Positions 1 through 9,200 of a stretch of DNA of 23,202 nucleotides are shown piece after piece (the stretch's first letter is position 1; every line of letters begins with the position of its first letter). A model generated the notes under the pieces. It worked only from the letters and a program-made list of their open reading frames with translations. It did not search any database and was not told the origin of the DNA. A program made the translations under genes and the position numbers. The stretch is taken from contig JAADFO010000076.1 in assembly GCA_013152815.1 (NCBI GenBank), positions 1-23,202 of the forward strand. The letters are read 5' to 3'. Source of the stretch: Nanobdellati archaeon. GTDB lineage: Archaea; Nanobdellota; Nanobdellia; Woesearchaeales; JAADFO01.

Positions 1-750
1 AAACAACTACAAGAACAAACCATCAACAAACAAGAACTCGAAGCGGAGATGCAAAAAGCCAAAGAGGAACGGACAAAAGCAGAAGCAGAGGAACAACAGG
101 AAAAAAAGCAGAAGACCGTGAAGAAGAAAGAAGAGCCGCTGTTCAAGCACATCCTGCCGCTGAGCGGGTCGTTGTCCTATTCCAACGGCCAGACGGCGAT
201 GTCTCTGCAGGAGCTGGAGGACATCATCAGGAGCATGTCTCCGCAGGTATTCGCGCAGCATCACAACGAGAAGAAAAACGACACCGCAGACTGGATAGCG
301 AAAGAGTTCAAGATCCGAGAGCTGGCAGAGGATGTCCGGAAGGCGACCAGCCGCAAGGAGCTGATGCAGACGCTCCAGACCTGGAAGAAGAAAGGGCTCA
401 TGTTCCAACCGGCGCAGGAGAAGGAGCAGGAGAAGGAGCAGGAGAAGGAGAACAAAGGAGAGAAAGAGGTGAAGAAAGAAGAGAAGGCATCTCATGAAGA
501 GCAGGGACCCTCACATCAGGGGGAGGATGCTCCCCAGGAGGACACTCCCCTGGAAAAGAGGGATGCCTATCGCCGTTTCTCCGACCTTGCCAAGTACATG
601 GAGTTCAAGCTGAGCCAGGGCGAGAAAGAGAAGGCCAAGGCCATCTATACCGACCTCAAACGATGCTATCACGAACTCAGCCCGGAAGAGAAGAAGAAAG
701 CCATGCAGGAAGGGTTGCACCTTTTCAAAGCGCTGAAGGCAGATACCTGA
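1..750 (+). CDS. 5'-truncated Lys/Glu-rich protein with a DUF5752-like domain and a C-terminal helical domain
   Basis: Frame 1 is open from base 1 (KQLQEQTINKQELEAEM...), so the true start is probably upstream of the window; stop TGA 748-750. The segment SYSNGQTAMSLQELEDIIRSMSPQVFAQHHNEKKNDTADWI resembles the DUF5752 pattern (NG..a.SL.EL...l..m....F..H....kNDfa.WI), recognised by eye. Confidence 0.8.
   Translation, partial: KQLQEQTINKQELEAEMQKAKEERTKAEAEEQQEKKQKTVKKKEEPLFKHILPLSGSLSYSNGQTAMSLQELEDIIRSMSPQVFAQHHNEKKNDTADWIAKEFKIRELAEDVRKATSRKELMQTLQTWKKKGLMFQPAQEKEQEKEQEKENKGEKEVKKEEKASHEEQGPSHQGEDAPQEDTPLEKRDAYRRFSDLAKYMEFKLSQGEKEKAKAIYTDLKRCYHELSPEEKKKAMQEGLHLFKALKADT
415..450 (+). repeat. 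Perfect 12-bp coding tandem repeat (CAGGAGAAGGAG)x3 encoding QEKE x3
   Basis: Read directly: 415-426, 427-438, 439-450; in frame, in a charged linker. Confidence 0.95.
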
Positions 751-759
751 CACACAGGC

Positions 760-822
760 GAAGGAAAGAAGAAAAGAAAAAAAAGAAAAGATAAAGAGAA
801 AGAAGAGACAAAGAGAAGAAGG
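760..822. other. Intergenic polypurine tract
   Basis: 61 of 63 bases are A/G (only T792 and C809 are pyrimidines). Confidence 0.85.
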
Positions 823-871
823 CACGACAGGAACACGCCAGACGGCCGATAGGAACACTCAAGAGGAATAG

Positions 872-886
872 TAAAAGGTTTTATAG
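872..886 (+). promoter_or_regulatory. Candidate archaeal BRE/TATA promoter for the 941 gene
   Basis: TAAAAGG followed by TTTTATAG (879-886), ~55 nt upstream of ATG 941; partial SD-like AAGGT just before the ATG. Confidence 0.45.
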
Positions 887-940
887 GAACAGGTGCCATA
901 AAAAGAATCAGAGACCACATAACAGGACAGGAAAGGTAAC

Positions 941-2071
941 ATGGGAATCTTCGGAAAAGGAAGGAAAAAGCAGGAAGAGGCAGATACAGACGCAGATGAT
1001 CTGGAAGGCCTCGATGATGATGAGCAGTATCTTGATGATGATACCAAGGCTGCCGGCGCTGAAGAGATGAACCTGTCGGTAGAGATCACCAGGATCAAGG
1101 CCCAGCTGGAAGCCCTGGGAGAGCTCCGGAAGAACACCCAGGAACGCTTCGGCAGGATCAGCGAGCAGATCGGCGAGCTTCGCGGCATGATCATGGATAC
1201 CAACAAGAGCCTCCAGCAGATAGAGGTCAGGGTGATCAAGTCGGTGGACATGGTAGAATCGGTGCAGCCCGATAAACTCCTCATCGAGGTGAAACGCCAG
1301 GACGCGAAAATCGAGGGGCTGTCCGCCAAGATCGAGGGGAACCGCAGCTTCATCGATACGCTCCTTGAGGACATCAAGGAACTGCGTCGGATCATCAGCA
1401 CCTTCAAGGGCATCGAAGAGACCGTCAAGATGAACCAGGACGTGAAGAAAGAGCTCAATGCCATGGAGAAGATGAAGGCCATCGTCGAAAGGCATGCCGA
1501 CAAGGCAGAGACCCTGTTCATCGAGATCCAGAAGAAGGTGACTGATTTCGATGCCATGGATGCGAAGGTGAAGGACCTGGACAAGGGGATGAACAGCCTG
1601 CTCCAGGAGTTCGACGTGGTGAAGGTCAAGTTCAGCAACAAGGCAGAGAAGAAGGAGATAGAGGACCTCATAGCGAAGTTTGACAAGTTCGAGAAGCACT
1701 ACGGAAAGGTCGTGGAACTGCTCTCTGACCAGACCACCGACCTCAAGTCCTATTTCAAGGACAAGATAGAGAGACGTTTCGCTGAGGCGGGCACCATCAG
1801 GAAGATGCTGATAGACCTTATCAGGGACCAGCCCAACCTCGAAAAGAACATGAAGGCCATCAGTGAGCTTGCAGAAGAAGCAAGCAGAGAAGAAGAGAGA
1901 GGGGATGAAGAGACGCAAGAAGGGGGAAAAGCAGCAGGGAAAGAGAAAGCGAAAACAGGGAAGAAAGGGTTCTTCGGCAAGCTGAAAAGCTCGCTGGCAG
2001 GCAAGAAAGCGGAAGAAGAGGTCGTCATCCCTGACAACATCGGCGCAGGTGACGACAAGCCGGTGGACTAA
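941..2071 (+). CDS. Coiled-coil hypothetical protein (376 aa) with an acidic N-terminal tract and basic/aromatic terminal motifs
   Basis: Long ORF with coding-like codon usage; heptad-like helical sequence over roughly aa 45-310; no TM segment; MGIFGKGRKK at the N-terminus and KKGFFGKLKSSL near the C-terminus. Confidence 0.9.
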   Translation: MGIFGKGRKKQEEADTDADDLEGLDDDEQYLDDDTKAAGAEEMNLSVEITRIKAQLEALGELRKNTQERFGRISEQIGELRGMIMDTNKSLQQIEVRVIKSVDMVESVQPDKLLIEVKRQDAKIEGLSAKIEGNRSFIDTLLEDIKELRRIISTFKGIEETVKMNQDVKKELNAMEKMKAIVERHADKAETLFIEIQKKVTDFDAMDAKVKDLDKGMNSLLQEFDVVKVKFSNKAEKKEIEDLIAKFDKFEKHYGKVVELLSDQTTDLKSYFKDKIERRFAEAGTIRKMLIDLIRDQPNLEKNMKAISELAEEASREEERGDEETQEGGKAAGKEKAKTGKKGFFGKLKSSLAGKKAEEEVVIPDNIGAGDDKPVD

Positions 2072-2307
2072 AGAAACTCAGAGATGGTCGTTCATACCAA
2101 AGAGTAATTTGATATATCCTAAGAAGTCACGTATCTGATCCCGTAAAGAGTAACTCTCGATGAGCCAGCTTCGCTATCTCTTCGAGCCCCGCTGCTCGCT
2201 CCCCGGATTACGCGTCGTCCGGGCCAGTTCACAGGAAGCGGTGTTTCGCGGATATTTTTGGGCGTTCTAATCTTCAATTTCAATTTTCTGATTCAATTTC
2301 CTGATTA

Positions 2308-2412
2308 AGTGATTAATTAACTATGATAATTAATATGGTTAGTTAGGTATAATAATCAGTATGATTAATTAGGTATGACGATTAATATGATATGATTAGT
2401 TAGGTATAATAA
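2308..2412. repeat. Four imperfect ~26-bp AT-rich tandem repeats, consensus ~TATGATTARTTAGGTATRATAATYAR
   Basis: 2308-2333 AGTGATTAATTAACTATGATAATTAA; 2334-2359 TATGGTTAGTTAGGTATAATAATCAG; 2360-2385 TATGATTAATTAGGTATGACGATTAA; 5-nt TATGA stutter; 2391-2412 TATGATTAGTTAGGTATAATAA. Confidence 0.85.
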
Positions 2413-2438
2413 AGTCTGTAGCAGACAAGCGTTCCCCA

Positions 2439-2455
2439 ACATAACCTTTTTAAAG
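2439..2455 (+). promoter_or_regulatory. Candidate TATA-like element (AACC-TTTTTAAA); orientation uncertain
   Basis: ACATAACCTTTTTAAAG lies just downstream of the 26-bp repeats and ~40 nt upstream of a small ORF with an SD-like sequence. Confidence 0.35.
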
Positions 2456-2493
2456 AAACGAATCGGCCGAGTCCGACAGAGGGGGATTCCATA

Positions 2494-2598
2494 GTGAACA
2501 TGAAAAAGGACAGTGATAGCTTCACCTGCGGGCAGCTAGCTTCTTTCGAAACGGATCAGCACCTCATCACATATCGACGAGAGAAGAGAAAGCTTTAA
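2494..2598 (+). CDS. Candidate small ORF (34 aa from GTG 2494, or 32 aa from ATG 2500: MKKDSDSFTCGQLASFETDQHLITYRREKRKL)
   Basis: SD-like GAGGGGG at 2479-2485, 8 nt before the GTG; stop TAA 2596-2598. No homology recognised. Confidence 0.2.
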   Translation: MNMKKDSDSFTCGQLASFETDQHLITYRREKRKL

Positions 2599-2601
2599 AT
2601 A
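2586..2601 (+). promoter_or_regulatory. Archaeal BRE/TATA promoter candidate for the HTH-giant adhesin operon
   Basis: Purine-rich GAGAAAGC followed by TTTAAATA (2594-2601), matching the archaeal TTTAWATA box. Confidence 0.6.
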
Positions 2602-2606
2602 TGCGT

Positions 2607-2646
2607 TATATCATTTAAAGTATAATGATATACCTTTAAAGGTATA
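2607..2646. promoter_or_regulatory. Operator-like inverted repeats: TATATCATT-N8-AATGATATA (2607-2632) overlapping the perfect 18-bp palindrome TATACCTTTAAAGGTATA (2629-2646)
   Basis: Both symmetries read directly; they lie between the TATA candidate and the GTG start of a wHTH gene. The operator role is inferred. Confidence 0.7.
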
Positions 2647-2659
2647 AAGGCTGCCAACA

Positions 2660-3256
2660 GTGACGAGAGAGAACAGACTAGACCTGGCGATCCTGCAGCT
2701 CTTTCTTAGGAACACCTATCTCCGGCTCTCCATCAACGAGATAGCCCGACGGCTCGGCAGGCAGTATCCCAACATCAACAGGAAGGTGAACGAGCTTCTC
2801 CAGGAGGATATCCTCCTGAAACAGGTCATAGGACGGTCACATCTCTGCTCTCTCAATCTCGACAATCCCAGGACCCGGCTGCTCATGGGCCTCATCGAGC
2901 TACGCAGGCTCGAGCAGGAACAGCCGAAAGAGGCCAAAGCGCTCAGGGAACGGGTCAGGGAGCTTCGCAGACATCATCCGATAAATTTCGCCCTGCTCAA
3001 AGGAAGGGAGATCTTCCTCTGCATCCAGAGGAACACCCCCAGGAAAGGGCCCCGATCCCTCGCCGCCGACGGAGCATGGCAGATACGGTCGATCCCCTCC
3101 GCGGATATGAGCAGGCATCTTCTTGAACACTCCCTGTTCGCAGACCACCATCTCATCTACGGTTTCGACCGCTACTATGAATTCATCAACGATCATGAAC
3201 AGGAGCTACGGCCAGAACTCGATCCGCTGCTGAACCCCGATGGACAACAACCATAG
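2660..3256 (+). CDS. Winged helix-turn-helix regulator with a degenerate minimal-nucleotidyltransferase-like C-terminal region
   Basis: GTG start. LSINEIARRLGRQYPNINRKVNELLQEDILLKQVIGRSHLCSLNL is a wHTH pattern. The tail HHLIYGFDRYY resembles the end of archaeal HTH-MNT proteins, but no FGS...DxD motif is present. The stop overlaps the next ATG region by 17 nt. Confidence 0.85.
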   Translation: MTRENRLDLAILQLFLRNTYLRLSINEIARRLGRQYPNINRKVNELLQEDILLKQVIGRSHLCSLNLDNPRTRLLMGLIELRRLEQEQPKEAKALRERVRELRRHHPINFALLKGREIFLCIQRNTPRKGPRSLAADGAWQIRSIPSADMSRHLLEHSLFADHHLIYGFDRYYEFINDHEQELRPELDPLLNPDGQQP

Positions 3257-6200
3257 ATCATCAGATAGATCATCAGCCACAGGAGCCAGGAAGACCGGCA
3301 TCTTGTCAGTCCTTGCGCTCGCCCTGATCATCATAGGCCTGACGTTCGTCGGAGGCCAGTCCGGCGGAGCAAACAATGGGGCGGACAACGAGACCATCGG
3401 CACCGTCCCGGTAGGGAGCCTGTCTGAAGAGGGATTCATCCCCAAGGATATCTTTGACCTGGGAGAACGGGTCAGCATTGACATGACGGGATATGACTCC
3501 CAGTTCCTCTTCGTCGCCCATGTGACCAGCCAGGGAGAAGAACGGAGCCAGTTCGCCGGCTTCAGCACACCTTATACGCACTACACGCCGAGACAGCCAG
3601 GAGCGTATCTTGTCGAGATTGTCGACCCCAATTCCAGACGGGTCGAGGCCCTTTCGTCATTCACCGTTGTCGAGAGGATCCCACCCGTGCCAGAGAACAG
3701 AAGCGGCCAGGAAGAAAACAGGAGCAACCGGACCGGCCAGAGCAACCCGCCACCGGACCAATCTGACCAAGACCAGACGATGATATGGACCGATGAGGAT
3801 GAATATGCCCTGGGAGCCACGGTCATCATCCATCTGAACCTTTCCGGGCAGCATAGTCCGATGAAATCGCTCATCGTCGGAGGCGGAGGAAGACGGCAGG
3901 CATTCGTCGGGATGAGGACCGACAGGGTGAGGTTCATCCCGCGCACCGCGGGCAGCTATGACGCAACGCTGACCCTGCGAGACAGGACGGTCAGGACAGC
4001 AACCTTCCAGGTGGCCTATGCAGAAGCGACAGCTCCAGAGAACAGGACCAGGACCATCAGAGAGGTCCCGCCAGAGGACACCTTCAACGCATCCTTCGAG
4101 ACAGTCTCCACGGCCATCAGGATAGAATACGCAGGCATCCCTGTCAAGAAGATCATCATCGGCATCGAGAACATCACCTATACGTATCTTGGTGTCCCCA
4201 AAGAGGTGACGACATTCTATCCGACCGTCGAGGGGCTTTACACGATCACCGCGGTGACCGATGAAGAGAACTTCACCACCCAAGTACGGGTCATCTTCGG
4301 CGAGGAACCGGCCATCATCCCTTCCGAAGGCCTCGACACCGGAAAGATCATGATCGTCGCCGACAAGAAAGGATCGGACCAGGAACTCGTCATCACCAAA
4401 CTCACACCGGACGAGAAAGAGAACAGCCGGGGGGCACCGGCATCCCCTGATCGACCCAAGAAGACCAGGGTGACCATCCCCCACGGCCCTATCCAGGACC
4501 TCATCTTCACCGACCTCAACATCTCATCGACACTGACCATCAGGATAGGTGACCTGAAGAAGGCCGATGTCGTGATAGCAGACGAGAAGGTCGTCAGAGC
4601 CTATGCCATAGACCCCACGGCACTCGATTTTGCCCAGGGAAGCTTCACGACCGTCGCGAAGGGAAAGGAACTCTGGAAATGCGCAGACTTCAATTTCTCC
4701 ACCCAGACCTGTCCTTCCAGCTGGGCAAAGGTGAGAGACCTGACCCCTGGACAGCCCTACACTGTCGTCTTCAACGCCACCGACCCGGGATACGCAGAGA
4801 CAGGAGTGGCGTCCATCAACACGAGGAAGCCGATCTACCATCCCGACGAGACCGCAGAGATCATCATGGTGGTGCTCGATACCGACGGGCATCTGGTAGA
4901 AGGGGCGAGGGTGAACCTCACCATAACAGCACCCGGAGGGATGTCTTCCCTGCTCTCCACCAGCTTCACAGGCCATGACTCGGTCAGCGAGACGTCAAGA
5001 GGGGTGTACGAAGCCTCATTCAACAGGACCGCCCAAGAAGGCAACTACAGCCTGGAGGTATCGGCAACAGCCCCAGGAGTCAACAGCTCGATGATCTCTC
5101 ATTTCACGGTCCAGCAGGACTATCCCTATGACATCATCAGGAGCATGCCCGTCACCGTCGACCCCTGGAAAGGACCGTATCATACAAGCATCACCATCAC
5201 CAGCCATCGTGATTCCGTCTTCAGCTTCACCGAAGAGCTGCCCGTCAACTTCACGGTCAACAGGACAGGAGGCGCCCAGGAGACGGTCGCAGCAGGAAAA
5301 AGGTATCTCACCTGGACTGGCCTCAGCAACGGAAGTTCAATCAGCTATGATGCCCAGGCACCGCTCTTCACACCGGACCTCTATGCCCTGGGTCCGTCGA
5401 CCGTTACCGACAGCAGGGGGAGCGTCCAGGAAGCCAGACCCTGGTACCTTGCCATCGACCCCGCAGCAGGGGAGTTCGACGTGAGGATCTACATCTATGA
5501 CACCCAGAACAACGCCAATGCTGCCGACGACACGCTCGTCTATTCCATCTCCCGGCTGGGCAGGAAGCTCAACGGCACCAGCCAGTTCCTGGGCAACATA
5601 GCGAACCTCACCGCCAACACGACCTATGTCGTGGAAGTGCAGATCGCTACGGGCGAAGCGTACCAGATAGACGCCGACCAGATCAGGGAGACCACCATCA
5701 TGGCACAGCACCGGTTCGGCCTCTCAGACACGGCAGGAGTGAAGGAGTATCTCATCAACACCACCCTGGTCCCGGACGACGGACCCACGACCCACGACAT
5801 CTTCGTCTCGACCACCCACAATGTCGATTATACCGTGGATGCCAACACCGGAGAGGTGGGCCATATCGCCGGCGACCTCGACATCGCAGCGCTCGTGGAT
5901 GTGGCAGACGACCTGCAATGGTATCCCAACGACGGGACGCCTGACGTGGGAGAATGGACCGAGAACGACGTGGACACAAACGTCGGGACCCTCCGGAACC
6001 AGATCGTGGTGGCAGGAGACCTGGACAACGACGGCTGGATGGACCTGGTCACCTCCAACATGATCACCGGGAGCGAAGACATCATGGTGTACAAGAACGA
6101 CCACACACCGGCAAGCAGCGTCTGGAGCGAACTCATCGCCGATGATGACACCATCAACTATGCCCATGCGGTCGCCGTGGGAGACATGGACAGCGACGGC

Positions 6201-9200
6201 GACCTGGATATAGGGGAAGGAGATGAAGCCAACGACATCAAGCACCTCCAGAACGACGGGACACCGTTCACCGGAGCATGGACAACGGCACGGGTGGACC
6301 GGAATGCCGGCCTTGATGTGCATGACTATGTGTTGGGCGACATCGACAATGACGGCGACCTGGATGCCCTCACCATGGTGGAAGGCACGGCCATCCAATG
6401 GTACGCCAATGTGGGCACCATGTTCACCGCAGATTCCTGGAGCAACGCCGAATATGTCATCGACAGCACGCCGGGGACCCATGCCACCGGGGCAGGGCTT
6501 ACCAACCGGCTGGCCCTGGGGGATTTCAACAGGGACGGTTGGCTCGATGCGGTCGCAGGCACGAGCGATCCTGCTCTCTACCTGTACCAGAACGACGGAA
6601 CCCCCACGACGACACCCTGGACCAAATACACCCTGGACAACAATGACGCCGCTACGAGCGTGCTGGGAGTTGCCGTGGCAGACTTCGACGACGATGGCTA
6701 TCCTGATGTGGTGGTCGGAACAGGCGCAAGCCAGATCATCGTCTTCCAGAACGATGGCACGCCCTTTGACGGCGTGCAATGGACAGCGAATACGGTCGTC
6801 GCCAACGCTGGTTCATCGGTCCCAGGAGTGGTGGTCGGTGACGTCAATTTCGACGGAAGGCCCGATATCATCGCCGCTGTAGGAAGCGCAGAAGATGTCA
6901 TCTGGTACGAGAATGACGGCACTCCCTTCTCCGGCACCTGGACCGCGCACACGGTAGATTCTGATACCTATGCAGGAGGCGCAGGAGTTACGCTCTCGGT
7001 GGTGGCAGCAGACATCGACAACGACAACAACTCCAACATCCTGGACTTCTACTTCAACGGGAGCGAAGGCCTTGAGAACGGAGCAGGGACCTTCGCCGGC
7101 TGGAACCGGCTCGATCCCAACACCAACTATTCCTTCTATTTCATCATCACCCCTGATGCAGACTGGGGGATCAATGAATCCGAGAACATGACCTTCCGGG
7201 CGGGAAACGAATCCGACGGAAACGGCCTCTGGGCCCTGCCCGAAGAGAAGATGTTCGGAGCGCTCCTGACCCCGCTCAAGTTCAAGTGGGAATGGAACAT
7301 CAACCAGGAGGTTTACATACCCCTGCCCCCGGACAATCCTGTCCCGAGCCTGAACAGCGTCACCGAGGTCAACTACACGGGAGACGATCTCACCTGCACC
7401 GCCACCATCACCCACCCGCAGAACAATGACATCAACGTATCGGTACAATGGTGGAACGGCACCACGCTCATCGGCGTCATCGATTACAACAACAGCTATG
7501 GAAGCGGCACACTCTTCAACGCCACCCTGGGAGCAGGGAACCTCTCCCAGGGCTCCACCTGGAAGTGCGGACTTCGTCTCTCCGATGCCAACAGATCGAG
7601 CGACTGGGTGAACTCCAGCAGCGTCACGGTCTATGGCTGCAACGCTCCCTCTGTCGCCGGCAATTGGGACGTCACGGGCACCGAGGTCTGCAAAGACCAG
7701 ACCATCACCATCGACGGAGAGGTCAATGTGGGGTCAGGAGCGTCCCTGACCTTCTACAACGTCACCTACAACATGGACCTCACCGCCAATGCACAGCACT
7801 ACTTCGACGTCCTCGCAGGAGGAAGGTTCAACACGAAAAACTCGCTCATGCAGGAGTTGGACGACTCGAACTATTACATCATCAGGCAATATGGCAACGC
7901 TTCGCTGGTCAACACGACACTGGACAACAACAGGGTCAGACTCTATGGGTACCATAGCTCCTCCACAGAGATAACGAACTCGTCGACCTATCTCACCTAC
8001 CTCCTGGACAACAATGTAAAGATGAAAGTCAGCGATTCCTATGTCTACCGATTCTACCTCTATGTGGAAGGCGGAGGAGTGGTGAACATCGACCATCTCA
8101 ACCAGGACGTGTCCAGCATAAACATGAACATCACGTCCACCACCACCGCACTGACACTGAACATGAGCAATGTCGATGTGAGCAATTCAGGATTCGCCGT
8201 CAGGAACGATGGAGGGACGGTGACCATCAACAACTCAAACATCCACTACCTCTATCATTTCAACGATCCCAACGACAACACCTATGTGTACAATTCATTC
8301 ATCGATTATCTTCTCTACTACAATGCCCAGACAAACGGGGTGGTGACTTTAGAGAACATATCCACGCCCTACGCCAACGGGACATCGACGAACATCACCC
8401 GAAGTTTCCGCACCTCTGACGCGGACAACGAGATAAACCTCACCAATGTCGGGATGACCGGCTTCATGATCTATACGCAGGGCACCAACACCAAATCCAA
8501 CATCATCAACAGCAGGGTATATCGTATCAGCGCGAGAGGCACTTCTTTCGTCAACATCACCGACGTCAATGTCACCCATAGCGCGTTCTTCTATGAGACC
8601 TCGAGGACCACCCTGGTCAACACCGATATCCGCGCAAGCGCCTATGTGAGACTCTATGATACAGCCTTCGTCAACTTCACACAGCCTGCCGACGACAACC
8701 GCATCGAGGACCTTTATCTCTATACGGGTGCAGCGGAGAACCCCACGCTCGCAGGCTATGTCAACATCGTCGACCCCATAGATGCGTGGGCTTCGGGAAA
8801 TACGCTCAACAGATACTTCCCCTTCAACGTCACCTATGAGAACGGCACGCAGGGAGAAGGATTGAACGTCACCATCAGAGAGGACGGCACAGTCATCAAT
8901 CATGGTCTCACCGGACCTGACGGGATGGCAGTGCTCAACATCTCGGCCGACAACAGCGGGAATCCGGCCAAGGAATACGCCATCTCGGTCAACGGGGTCT
9001 ATAAGACCAACATCACGATGCTGAGCAACACCGCCCCTTCCGGCATCCGGATGACGGCCAACATCTATCCTAACATCACTCAGGTGGGCTGTGATATCGG
9101 AGCAGGAATGGTCAACTGCACATCGCTCATCTACGGAGACACCATCAACGCCGTGAGAGCATCCTGCAACTCCACGAGAGGCGGAACGGTCAAGAACGTC

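Noticed and set aside
941..2071. Assignment as SMC, chemoreceptor or archaellum accessory protein
   Set aside because: No Walker motifs, no chemoreceptor hairpin signature and no archaellum genes in the window; coiled-coil character alone is non-specific.
2178..2204. tRNA 3'-half or attachment-site remnant (TTCGAGCCCCGCTGCTCGCTCC)
   Set aside because: The bases 5' of TTCGA cannot form a T-stem, no D or anticodon arm is evident, there is no second copy and no integrase.
2270..2412. CRISPR array (tandem repeats; ATTGAA(A/G)-like words on the minus strand at ~2272-2298)
   Set aside because: Units are head-to-tail without unique 30-40 nt spacers, are degenerate, and no cas gene is in the window.
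3282..3360. Class III (pilin/archaellin-type) signal peptide
   Set aside because: RKTG-ILSV has Thr rather than Lys/Arg before the Gly; a Sec signal peptide or N-terminal anchor is the simpler reading.
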